From Phyllosticta citribraziliensis (taxonomy: Eukaryota): DNA of 64,000 nucleotides. Both the position numbers and the translations under genes were made by a program. The notes beneath the pieces are model-generated. The model was not told the origin of the DNA. It made no database searches and was given only the letters and a program-made list of their open reading frames with translations. Shown piece by piece: positions 13,202-23,682 of the stretch (its first letter is position 1; each line of letters opens with the position of its first letter). The DNA lies in assembly GCF_038025025.1 (NCBI RefSeq), contig NW_027117338.1, positions 806,001-870,000 of the forward strand, read 5' to 3'.

Positions 13202-14895
13202 ATGGCGTCCCTGAGCACCTTGCTAATCGCGGGACTCGTGGTAGTCTATGTCACTCGTTTGATCAAAAGGTACTATGCCTTAAGCCACTTCAAGGGCCCT
13301 TGGCTCGCTGGCTTCTCGCGCTTGTATCAAGCCCGGGTCGACTCTTCTGGGGACATGCACATTCACTACAATCGTCTCGGGGAAAACTATGGCAAGTACT
13401 CAAATACCAAGCCCTGCTGGGCACAAATCTAACTCTGACTATAGGGTCGACCGCTCGCATCGGACCAAACCACCTTTTGACGAGAGATCCAGTCCTCATC
13501 AAGCGCATGAGCGCAGCGAACAGCACATACACTCGTTCCAGTTGGTACAATGGACTGCGCCTTCACCCCAAACTTGACAACGTCGTCAGTCTGAGGGATG
13601 AGGTCTCGCACGCAAAGTTCCGCAAGTCGTTGGCGCCTGGGGTACGTCAAACCCGTGTTCACAATTCTCCGGGAGACTGACCCATGATATAGTACTCGGG
13701 AAAAGACACCACTCCGTTGGAAAAGAGCGTCGACGAGTGCCTAGTCCAACTGTTCGACTTTATCAAAACCCACCACCTTTCCTCGGACAAGAAATACGTC
13801 AAGGCGGACCTTGCCCGCATCACCACCTTCTTCACCCTGGATGTCATCTCGACGGTGGCTTTTGGAAAGCAGTTTGGCTTCATGGAGTCAAACGCAGATC
13901 CCTTTGGGTACATTGAGCACATTCAAGAAGCATTCCCCTTTATGCACATTCTGATGTTGTACCCCGAAATCAACAACATCCTGCGCATCCCCTTCATCCA
14001 GAGGCTGCTTCCAGACGCAACCTCAAAATCCGGAATGGGCCGCGCCATGGCGTTCGCGCAAGACGTCGTGAGCGAGCGCTTCGGCAGCACCCCAGTCGTG
14101 CGCAAAGACATGCTGGGGTCCTTCGTGTCCAAAGGCTTCAGCAAAACCCAACTCGAGTCGGAAACTCTCATCCAAATCACCGTCGGCAGCGACAGCACCG
14201 CCTCGGGCATCCGCATGACTCTGTACAACATCGCGACCAACCCGAGCATCCTGACCAAGCTACGGCACGAACTAGACACGGCCCTCGCCGCCGGCCGCCT
14301 CGACCGCCCCGTCCTCTCCGACCAGCAGGCCCGCCGCCTGCCCTACCTGCAGTCCTGCGTGCGCGAGGGCCTGCGCGTCTTCCCGCCCATTGTCGCGCAG
14401 CTAGCCAAGGAGGCGCCGCCGGGCGGCGACGTGCTCCCAGACGGCCGCTTCGTCCCCGGCGGCACGCACGTCGGCTGGAACAGCTGGGGCCTCATGCACG
14501 ACACATCCATCTTCGGGCCCGACGCCGACGTCTTTCGCCCGGAGCGCTGGCTCCACGAGCCCGACGACGCCAAGCTGGCCCGCATGCTCGACGCTCAGGG
14601 CCTCGTCTTTGGCTACGGCCGCTTCGGCTGCTTGGGCCGTCCGCTCGCCAGCCTCGAGCTCGAGAAGACGCTGGCTGAGCTCGTCCTCCGCTTTGATTGG
14701 CACGTCGTGCGCCCCGATGTCCAGCCTGAGTGTCTCTGCTTTGGCTTCTTCTTGCACAATGCTATGGACTTTCGGATTACGGAGCGCGAGGCCCCTGCCG
14801 TGGGGTCGGCGCCGGTCGCCGAGACGCAGACGGATAGCGGGGCGGAGGAGCAGAGGGACTTTGGTATTCAGGCGCAGTGGGATGATTTGCAGTAG
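13202..14895 (+). CDS. Cytochrome P450 (pisatin-demethylase-like fungal type)
   Basis: N-terminal TM anchor, PW motif, ARIGPNHLL, I-helix VGSDST, EGLR (ExxR), PERW and heme motif FGYGRFGCLG. Introns 13392-13444 (GC-AG) and 13642-13692. Confidence 0.93.
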
Positions 14896-15342
14896 TTGAT
14901 GGCGAAGAAGTGGAGGACTGTGTGGCTGTAAATTGGTAGCAAAGAAGAATAGGAATGCGCATCGACATGTACAAGCCGAGACACATCTTGGATGCGCCCA
15001 GTTTCATGTTATGACATTCACTGACTACATGTACTTTGCCCTCTCCTCCCTCCTGCCAGCCATTGCAATCGCGCGAAGAGGAAGAGGGAGAAGACAGAGA
15101 CACGAGTGGTCTATTTGGTCCATGCTCCCTCCCATCCCTGCGTCCCTCCATCCCAAGATGATCCGTCTAAGTAGTCGAGTCGAGGTATTAAGCGTGCGAG
15201 TAAGTACAGCGAGCCACCCTTCCAAGCCTCCAAGGAAAAAGAAAAAGGAAAATGTGTACAAAAGAAAGGGGAAAGGAAACAAGAAAACCCGCCTCAATCC
15301 AGCCTATGCTCTGACGGTCCGCTCACAAGCCAAAAACCAACT

Positions 15343-18300
15343 TCAGATCCTGCCGCCCTCGACAACCTCCCTTCCAACCAACTCCATCTCGCCCGTTCCG
15401 CTGGTCCGCCGCCGTTCCAACACCCACCGGTACACCTCGCGCTCCGCGCCCTTTGTCGCGCCGTCAGCGAAGAAGCCTCTGCCATCGCGGACGCCACCGC
15501 CAGCCGCTGCCTCGGCACCGCTGCCCGTGCCAGGCGCCGCAATAGTAGCAGGGCGGCCGCCGACAAAGGGCAGCTGCTGTTGCTGCTGGTGGTGGCGGGA
15601 ATCGTCCTCGACGACGCGCTCGCGGACGTAGGTAACGTGATCTGCACTGGCGCTGTTGTTGCGGCTGTGCGACGGACGCGTGGGCGGCGTGGGCGGCAGC
15701 TGCTGCGGTTGAGACGTCGGCGCTGGCAGCGGCGGGGCGTTTCCAACGATGCAGCCGCTGGACTTGCCGCGGCGATGGTAGGGGGGCGGCGCAGTGGCGG
15801 CGGCAGCTGCTGCGGAAAGCTCCATCAGGGGATTTTGATGGTGGAAGCCTGAGATGCAGGGCTGAGGTGAGAGATTGGCAGGGGTCGTGGCGGTCGAACT
15901 TGTGTCGTTGGCCGAGCGTGAGGTCGTCGAAGTGGTGGTGTCGTTTGTCGGGGCCGGCGAGTATAGCGGGGAGAAGATCGGCTGGAGTTGAGGAAGGGGT
16001 TGCGAGTGTGTACGGGTATGTTGGTGGAGGGGGAGGTGGAGCGTAGACCGTTGAGTCTGGTGGGCGTCAGGCTCGTGAGAAAGGAACTTTTGCGGATCCA
16101 AGGGGGAATAAGGTGGCGGAGGCTGCTGTGGGTGGGACGTTGGTCCAGCGTTAGGAGACAGGAGAGGAGCAGCAACGCTGAGAGTCGGGGATACGGCAAG
16201 GCCCGAAGTCGAGTTCCGAGCAGATTGGACAGCCGGGCTAAAACTGAATGAAGAGTTCGAGTTGGTGGAGATGGCAGATGCTGGAACAGAGAGCGGTATC
16301 GCGCCAGGGTGGTCAGGCATGAAGGCATCATAACCAGAGTGCCTTTGAGGAGGTACCCCGTATATCTGCACAGGAGCCGAAGTACGCCGAGGACTTCCGT
16401 CGTCTGCAGAGCTGGTATCAGGCGAAAGATCAACTCTGTTGGCGTCCGATTGCGATGCCGACGAAGCCTGGGCCTGCGTCGAGCTCGTTTCATCCGGGCT
16501 CTCCTCGACCTCTTGCAGTCCTTCAGCGTAGGTATCGAGAGAACTCTTGGTTCTGGTAGCCACAGGGCTACTGCCACGTCCCGAGAAACATCCAGGAAGA
16601 AAGCTCATCGGACTGCTATTTCTCGGGCTGCTCGACGTGCTCCCGGCCGGGCTTCCAGCGCCCCCAAAAGCACCTTTCCTCAGCCGCATGAGCTGTTCCA
16701 AGCTCATGTCGTAATCGGAAAAGTCGTCTTCAGTGCCTGGAGGAAATCCATAGGGGCTGGTGCGAGCGAACTGCGCGAATCCAGGCGAGGGTACGGCACC
16801 AGCAGAGTTTTGAGCCTGGCTGCCTGGAGCACTGCTCGGGCCAGCGAAGTGGCCCATTCCAATAAACGAGTTGCGCGTGGAATACTCGGAACGCTCCGTG
16901 ATGGGAGTCAAGTTGGGCTCCCTGACGGCATACCTGCCACTGGCACTGCGGCCTATTGCATCGACACCACGAGGCCCAAAGTATCCGCCAGGTCCGGTCT
17001 GCGAGTTGCCATAGGACGAAGCATAAAACCCAAACTCGGAGCCGTATTCGCCGTCGTAATCGTTTGCCAGGGCCTCCGCGTTGGCGGCAGCAATGATGGG
17101 GTCGTCTTCCAGACCACTCTCGTAGTCTCCATAATCGTCAAATCCGACGTCGTACGGGTCCGGGCTGAATGGCGAATCCAAGGCGCCCATGTCTTCAAAA
17201 GAGCCAGAGTTGAGCGTTTCCACCTGACAGCTGCCGCGTGCAGAGTCAGGCATGAATCCGGCGTTCGGATGTTGCGAATCACGCTCCCTCTCCTTCATCT
17301 GATTCCGATTTTCTCCATTCTCATGGTTTTCGTCCTCTCTGCTCGGAAAAGAGACATCTGTGGTTGCAATGCTGTTCTTGCGGACGAAGCGCCCGTCAGC
17401 CTCTGCCTGGTTGAGCGCGTCGGCCAGAGCGTTGTGATATGAGGAACTGTTGAAATCGAAAGGCTCCGCGGCTTGAAAGGCAGACTTCTTGCCGCGGACT
17501 GAAGGATGTGGCGCCAGAGCATAGTGGGCTGGGCTGAGCTCATCCTCCAGTTCATTTTGATCCTCATCGGATTCTGGTGGCATTGTTTCCGTCCTTTGCG
17601 TTGGTAGGAGTTTTTGAGAAGGAGGACGACGCTCGTACAAATGGTGCTCCGGGTCGTCGAATACGGATTCGTCAAATTTTTCGCCCTCCATAGGTGGGTC
17701 AGGTTCGCCAATGAGACCGTCGTCAAAGTACAAGTCATCGTCGTCGTCGAACTGGAAAGGCTTGTGGTCTCCAGTCGCTACTTCTGAGTCGTCGTCGGGT
17801 TGCAGACTTATTCGCATGCCTCCAGCACCGTCGCTGCCGGCGTCCATGGCCACGTGCTCACCGTATCCTACCTGCATCTCCACACCACTCGTCCTGGACC
17901 CAGCATTTTGCGGTCCCTCTTCTTCCCTTGATCCAGGGTCTGCAGTTCCCGTCATGGGCCCTAGCACTTCATCCACGTGCGAACCCACGACCATGGAGTT
18001 GAAGTCCAGATTGCTCAATCCGGGAGAAAGTCCCGGCCGCTCAACCCCTCCAAAACCATCATCTTCCACTCCTATGGTTGGAATCTCTTCCTCATATCCA
18101 CCAAAATCATCGTCCATGTTATTATAATCATACATGTCCTCTTCCGCGTCACCAAAGTCATCTCCAATGTTGTCTCTCGACTTTTTCGCAAATCTTTCTC
18201 TGTGTTTTTCCTCAAGCAGCTTCTCTTGTGCCGCCGAATCTACGCCGCCAATCTGAAAGCTGAACCGCGACGCTCGGCTCGTCATGTGCGTGGGCAGTCC

Positions 18301-19626
18301 TGACTGGAATGACGAGTCGGCGACCGAAGTCGCCCGCGATCGGCTCAAGGGTGGTGTCTTGGTCGCATTTGATCGTTTTGTATCACTGTCAGGGGAACGT
18401 GGACTGGCCTCGGGGACAGTTGCCAAGCCTGTTGCGTCTTCTCTGACGGGGATTTGGTCCAATGGCGGAGGAACCGATCTCCGGGAAAGGAGTGGGGGCT
18501 GTGCTGGATGTCTTCCGAATGGCGGAAACGGCTCTTCGTGCCCAGATTCACTCGGGACGGCGTTGCGCGCCAGAAAGTCGTGATTCGCCAGTTCTTCCGC
18601 TCTAATCGCAGATTGTCGCTTCTTATCGTCAGCCTCGGGAGCATCAAATTCCTCCTTGAATACGGGTGTGTGTGAGCGGTCACGCTTTGAAGGACTCTCG
18701 TCGTCGCGATTGTCCTTTCGACGTCCTTGTGAAAGAGTGTAAATGTCGTAAGATTGAGTCCTTCGGGGCTTCGGGGCGCTGAAGTCGTGCACAATGTTTC
18801 CACGTATACTTGGGTCAAAATCGTCTCCGAGGGACATTGCTGGGACGACATGGTTGCGGTGACTGACGAGACTCTCCTCGGAAAGATTCTGGAGCGCTTG
18901 AGCAGACCTGCGCCGTAGTAAAAGGGACATTGGGTTCAAAAGATTCAAGGCTCGTTTTCCACTCTTGCTTGATTGTGGGGGACCCTGTGTTTTTATCGAA
19001 CCTGGATTCTTTTCCTTTTCTGGAAGCGCGGTAGATGCAACAGAAAGCTGGCTGGTCGTAAACGATGAGTTGGTCGGTGCGGTAGTTTCAGCAAGCGTTC
19101 TCGATGACGCGTGCGCCGGTGATGAACCATTTGGAGCGGCATTTGATGCGCTCTGCCCTTTGGTCCTCAGCCCGGTAGGTGCGTTTCTGCCCGCACCTGA
19201 ATCTCTCCAGCCCTCGGACGGTATGGCCGAATCGGGGCTTGGCTTGACCTGTTCTTGTCCACGGCTCCCGGTAAAGATGTTCCCCTGCAGAGTGTCCTCC
19301 TTCATGCTATGTCTCTTGTTGTGTCCATGGTCTTTGGCGGCGGAGTTTGTCACCTTTTGCGGATCCGGGGGATTCGAGCGGCGTCCCACTCTCGTCAAGG
19401 TCGGCAGGTTGGGCGCAAAGGGGCTCAAGGGGGAGCTAGTATGGCTGGTCGAGGTGTCGCCAGAGTTGAAGCGGGGAGCAGAAGTTGGGGTGGTGCTCAG
19501 GACATCGTGGAGCGGGGCGGGGTTGGCTATCGAGTTGGCAGCCAGCTGCGGCTCTGGCGAACTGGGGTGCGAATGCGTCCGCTTGTGGTGCGGGCGGAGA
19601 TAGGAAAAGACGTTGGAGGGAGCCAT
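15343..19626 (-). CDS. Large intronless, mostly disordered hypothetical protein (1427 aa)
   Basis: Single 4.3-kb ORF with ATG start; S/P/D/E-rich with motif-like islands (LNPMSLLLRRRS, IRGNIVHDFSAP, SRASRFSF, REPNLTPITERSE, C-terminal WVLERRRT...LVGREVVEGGRI). Confidence 0.85.
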   Translation of the reverse strand: MAPSNVFSYLRPHHKRTHSHPSSPEPQLAANSIANPAPLHDVLSTTPTSAPRFNSGDTSTSHTSSPLSPFAPNLPTLTRVGRRSNPPDPQKVTNSAAKDHGHNKRHSMKEDTLQGNIFTGSRGQEQVKPSPDSAIPSEGWRDSGAGRNAPTGLRTKGQSASNAAPNGSSPAHASSRTLAETTAPTNSSFTTSQLSVASTALPEKEKNPGSIKTQGPPQSSKSGKRALNLLNPMSLLLRRRSAQALQNLSEESLVSHRNHVVPAMSLGDDFDPSIRGNIVHDFSAPKPRRTQSYDIYTLSQGRRKDNRDDESPSKRDRSHTPVFKEEFDAPEADDKKRQSAIRAEELANHDFLARNAVPSESGHEEPFPPFGRHPAQPPLLSRRSVPPPLDQIPVREDATGLATVPEASPRSPDSDTKRSNATKTPPLSRSRATSVADSSFQSGLPTHMTSRASRFSFQIGGVDSAAQEKLLEEKHRERFAKKSRDNIGDDFGDAEEDMYDYNNMDDDFGGYEEEIPTIGVEDDGFGGVERPGLSPGLSNLDFNSMVVGSHVDEVLGPMTGTADPGSREEEGPQNAGSRTSGVEMQVGYGEHVAMDAGSDGAGGMRISLQPDDDSEVATGDHKPFQFDDDDDLYFDDGLIGEPDPPMEGEKFDESVFDDPEHHLYERRPPSQKLLPTQRTETMPPESDEDQNELEDELSPAHYALAPHPSVRGKKSAFQAAEPFDFNSSSYHNALADALNQAEADGRFVRKNSIATTDVSFPSREDENHENGENRNQMKERERDSQHPNAGFMPDSARGSCQVETLNSGSFEDMGALDSPFSPDPYDVGFDDYGDYESGLEDDPIIAAANAEALANDYDGEYGSEFGFYASSYGNSQTGPGGYFGPRGVDAIGRSASGRYAVREPNLTPITERSEYSTRNSFIGMGHFAGPSSAPGSQAQNSAGAVPSPGFAQFARTSPYGFPPGTEDDFSDYDMSLEQLMRLRKGAFGGAGSPAGSTSSSPRNSSPMSFLPGCFSGRGSSPVATRTKSSLDTYAEGLQEVEESPDETSSTQAQASSASQSDANRVDLSPDTSSADDGSPRRTSAPVQIYGVPPQRHSGYDAFMPDHPGAIPLSVPASAISTNSNSSFSFSPAVQSARNSTSGLAVSPTLSVAAPLLSPNAGPTSHPQQPPPPYSPLDPQKFLSHEPDAHQTQRSTLHLPLHQHTRTHSQPLPQLQPIFSPLYSPAPTNDTTTSTTSRSANDTSSTATTPANLSPQPCISGFHHQNPLMELSAAAAAATAPPPYHRRGKSSGCIVGNAPPLPAPTSQPQQLPPTPPTRPSHSRNNSASADHVTYVRERVVEDDSRHHQQQQQLPFVGGRPATIAAPGTGSGAEAAAGGGVRDGRGFFADGATKGAEREVYRWVLERRRTSGTGEMELVGREVVEGGRI

Positions 19627-20299
19627 GACGCTTCAGGACCGTCGAGCAGAGGAGGGAGGTGTTGTCTCGAGGCCTGGTGGCGCTGGCAGTCGGCGCAAGG
19701 CGCGCGGGACGACCCAGAAAAAGAGGCGATGATGTATGTGCGCCGCGCAATCGTCTCGTTTCTCAACGGGGACCTATTGGCAGTGAAGTCTAGTCCTCTC
19801 GCACTGCCCTGGGCTATCAGCGCGGCGGCAGGTGTAGTCTTGCGTCAGCATTCATCGTCCCGTTCCGCAGTCGGCTGTCAGCAAAATGGCGGCGGGAGCG
19901 AGAGCGAGAGCGAGCTGGAGCTTGGTTGTTGCAACGACTGGAACGAGGTCAACGGTGGAGGGAAAAGGGCCGGACCGACAACCAAAAAGATTGGTACGTC
20001 TTCAGCTCGTGCGCTGTCTGTTGGCACTGGCAGCGGGGAGTCCAGGACCAGCTGTGAGGTAATGACTTGGCTCGAGGGAACGCTGCGGCGCGGGAAGCGG
20101 GAGGGAGCATGCCGCCGACCACGTCCGTCCGTCCACTCCAAACCAGACCAGACCGGGACCAGCTCTACCGCAGTCACTGCATGCTGCAACGTTCGCTTGT
20201 GCCAGCCCTACATTCATGCATTGCCCTTGGTATGTATCAAGCAGCCGTGCGCCAAAAACACCACGCTCTACGCAAAAAGGAACCCCCCTCGCTCGCTCG

Positions 20300-22757
20300 C
20301 TACCTGTCCTTCTTGCTCACACCCACCTCGCTTCCCGGCGTCGTCGTCCCGCTGCCTCCTCCAATCTCCCAGTCATTATTCGGATTACTGCTCCTCCGCC
20401 GCTGGCCCCTCTCCTTCATCGCCCCCCTGATCTTCTTGCTCACCTCCTCAAAGCCCCCCTTACTGTCCAGCGTGCTAAATCCCTGCAGCGGAAACCCACC
20501 ACTTCCTGCAAGCCCACCGCTCGAGTTTGCCCTTGATCGCGGCTTGCTTGGTGTCGTTGGTCTCGTTGCAAAGAGCGCAATGTTGCCCAAGTTTTTGAAC
20601 GACTCGTTTCGCGGCAGGTGTCCATCGGCTGTCAATCCGCCGCCCATGCTTGTGTCCGTAATGCTGGGTGACGACGCAAGCGACTCGACAGAGTACTCGC
20701 TATCGCGACGCTTGACAGGCTCGCGCTTGGGCGCCTCGTCATGGAACGGATCAGCTACAATGCGCGCATGATCAAAGTCCGGGTACATTTCGGGACCGAG
20801 CTCGTTGATCACGTCGTTGACCTCGTGCACCAGGTTTTGCCGGGTCAATCTCAGCTTGTGCAGCGAGTTGCTCGACGAGGGGTTGAGAGACAACACGAGC
20901 GGCCTCAGAGACTTGAAAATGTCCATCCCGACCTCACCGAATCGAAGGGCGGCGTATGTGATGGACGGGAAGAAGACGAATCCAAACACAACGACGGCCC
21001 AGAGTGGCACGTTCTCCGGAACGCAGCCCCAAACCCGGTTGCGATACGTCCACCAGGTGAGGATCACCGTGTAGAGCGTGTACAAGACGGGTGCGACTAC
21101 CATCGAAACAAGCAACTTCCAGGTAGCCACGACATCTCTGGCGTGAATCTTGACCGTCGACGCCGCCAAGGCTTCCCTAGCCTTTTTGATCGACATGCGC
21201 TTTCCGACGATAAACACCGGAGCGAACAGGATCAGACCAGGCAACACACCGGCCGAAAGTAGCAGCAACTTGCTGACCCGGTAGAGTAGCATAAATATCA
21301 CCTTATGAATTGAAAGCTTCGCGTACTCGACCTGGTGGTCCCGGATGTTGAGCATCATCAGCTTCCTGTTGTAAGAAAGGACAGACTGCTTCAGCTTGAT
21401 TATACGGGGGTCGTGCTTGTATCTTTCGTAGCCTTTGACGAGCCGGCGGTTGAGTTCGATGACCATGGGAAGCGGGAGCTTTTTGCCTCTTGTGTTATAC
21501 AGGCGACGTACGGCTTGGATCATCTATTCATTGTCAGCAAGGCATGAGGAGTTCGCCATTTCACACGTACCATCAGGGTGTCGTAATCAGGAGCAGTGAC
21601 GGTGACTGCGACGAGCGCATTGTAAACTTGTTCGAGCAGCCTTCCGACTGCCTCCCTGCGTTCGCCGGCTCTGTAAAGCTCAATGAGATCCTGGGGAATG
21701 TCCACCGGCGTACCGAATTCGATTACAGCCCTCGAACGGAATTTGTGTGCATGAAAGTAGTTCATGCCGACAGGAACAATCTTCAGGCCACTTTCAGGGT
21801 TGGCCGCGAGAGCGCCCAGGGCCATGATGGCGACTCCAGCTATGCAACTTGTTAGACCAGGAAGAAGCCTCGTTTTCCGAATTGTACGCACCTTTCAAAG
21901 GCAGGAGTTCTGTGCGGTCATGGCTACCGCCCTCAGGAAAAATACCCACGCAACCACCGTCGTTGAGCTTCTCGAACACGGCGTCATAAACAAGAGTTTG
22001 GTCAACCTTTGGGGCAACTTTGAAGTTGATGCCAGAAAACCCTTCTGCTGGCCCGGGTTTCGCATCAGCGTTCATGAACCTGCCATCTTCGCTAACGTCG
22101 GCGCGCCCAGTCAACTGCTGGAGGGCAACGGCTCCTTTGAACGGCTTCTTAACCCTCAACTCTTCCGGGCCGTGTATTTCCATGATTTCCGAATTTGCCG
22201 ATGTATTGTTGACGGAAGGAAGAACAACGAGCCCACCAACTTGGAAGTCGGCCTGTTCAAAGTTTGTACCGACACCACGCACAAGAGTCGGATCGTTTAC
22301 AGGATCGGGGAGATAGATCTTGCCCTGAGCAGGCCTGGTACTGTCCATTGCTCTGCCCACGGGGAGAGCTCCAACGTTGCGCGCGAACCAGCCAATGAAC
22401 CTTCGACGCATTGACTTTTCTGCTATGAGAAAGCATATTCGTCGACGAGCTTCGGTGCGGACGACACGCATCAGGATAAGAGGATCCACAAACTTGAATG
22501 AAATAATTGTCAGTGGACATGATCGAGAGCCGCTTGCGAAGCAGACGTACCTGATTGGCGTGGGGGGCAGCGACAAAGATGACGGGACCATTGCGTGGGA
22601 TTTTCCACGAGCTGCGCGGGTGTACTTCGCGAAAGAAGAGGTCGACGAGGATGGAAAATATCCATAGGAGAACGTCGTAGACCACGTTGTTCATGGGCGC
22701 CAGCTTCCTACGCATCGTTCTTCGCCCTTGGCCAACGTGGGCCCCGTCCTGCGGCAT
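20300..22757 (-). CDS. Glycerol-3-phosphate O-acyltransferase (Sct1/Gpt2 family)
   Basis: HANQFVD (HxxxxD) is formed across intron 22493-22550. Also GIFPEGGSHDR, IVPVGMNYFHAHKFRSR and DVVATWK. Further introns 21840-21891 and 21524-21570. Confidence 0.93.
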
Positions 22758-23682
22758 GTTGGAAAATTGCTGGGGAGCAAGTGGAGGGAAAGCCGGGGCC
22801 GGTCAGGTTGGAATAAGAATCGAGCGTCGGGGTCAAATGCTAAATGATGGTTGAAGGAAGGATTGGGGCTGCCGGTTGAGAGGCGTCGACAAGACGACGC
22901 GGTGGTGTTGAGGTCGGGATGGAGAGGTCGTGTGATGCCAGGATGCCGGTTGCCTTGTTTAGTCCAATGCTCGCTAGTGGTTGCACGACGGCGTTTGAAG
23001 GGACGAGAAGGCGCACGAAAGAAGTGGCAAACAGGTGGCGGAGCAGAGAAGGCAGAAAATTTCGGTAGAGAAAGATGTACGCGCGACGAAGCCGTGGTCG
23101 AATCCCCACAGCCGGGCAAGTCGCGAGCGGAGCAGATATGGATGCAACGGTGTTTGTGTAGCGCAAGCGCAACGGGCTCCAGTGCGATGCGCCGCGGCAA
23201 AGATGCTGGTGCCGGTGGTGGTAGGCGATGTGAGAGTTGTCGAGTAAGATAGTGGGAGAGACGGCGCAGCAGGATTGCCTCAACAAGACGCACCCACGGT
23301 CTCTGTGAGATCACTTGGCGCACGCCGGTGGGGTGCGGTGTCGAAGCGCTGACTTCCCTTTCCCCGGCCTTGGCCCCATCGGTCAAGCTCGAGCTCGAGC
23401 TTCCCGTCGCCCGCGCGCCGCACGGAGCTTGTACGCTACCCTGGAACCTTCTATGGATTGTTCAACTACTCGAGCCATTCTTTCGCTTGCTGCTACGCCA
23501 CCAGGTACTTACAATGTCGAGCGTACGCCAAAGACGCAACAAAAACTTAAAAAAGAGAAGAGAGAACCCGACCCGCATCCTCACTCGCTTTTCAAAGTGG
23601 GAGCATCAATTAATGAAAACCACATTCTCGCCCTCCGACGACTCAACATTCCTCCTCCCATCTTCATTTGCTGCCCATGCCC

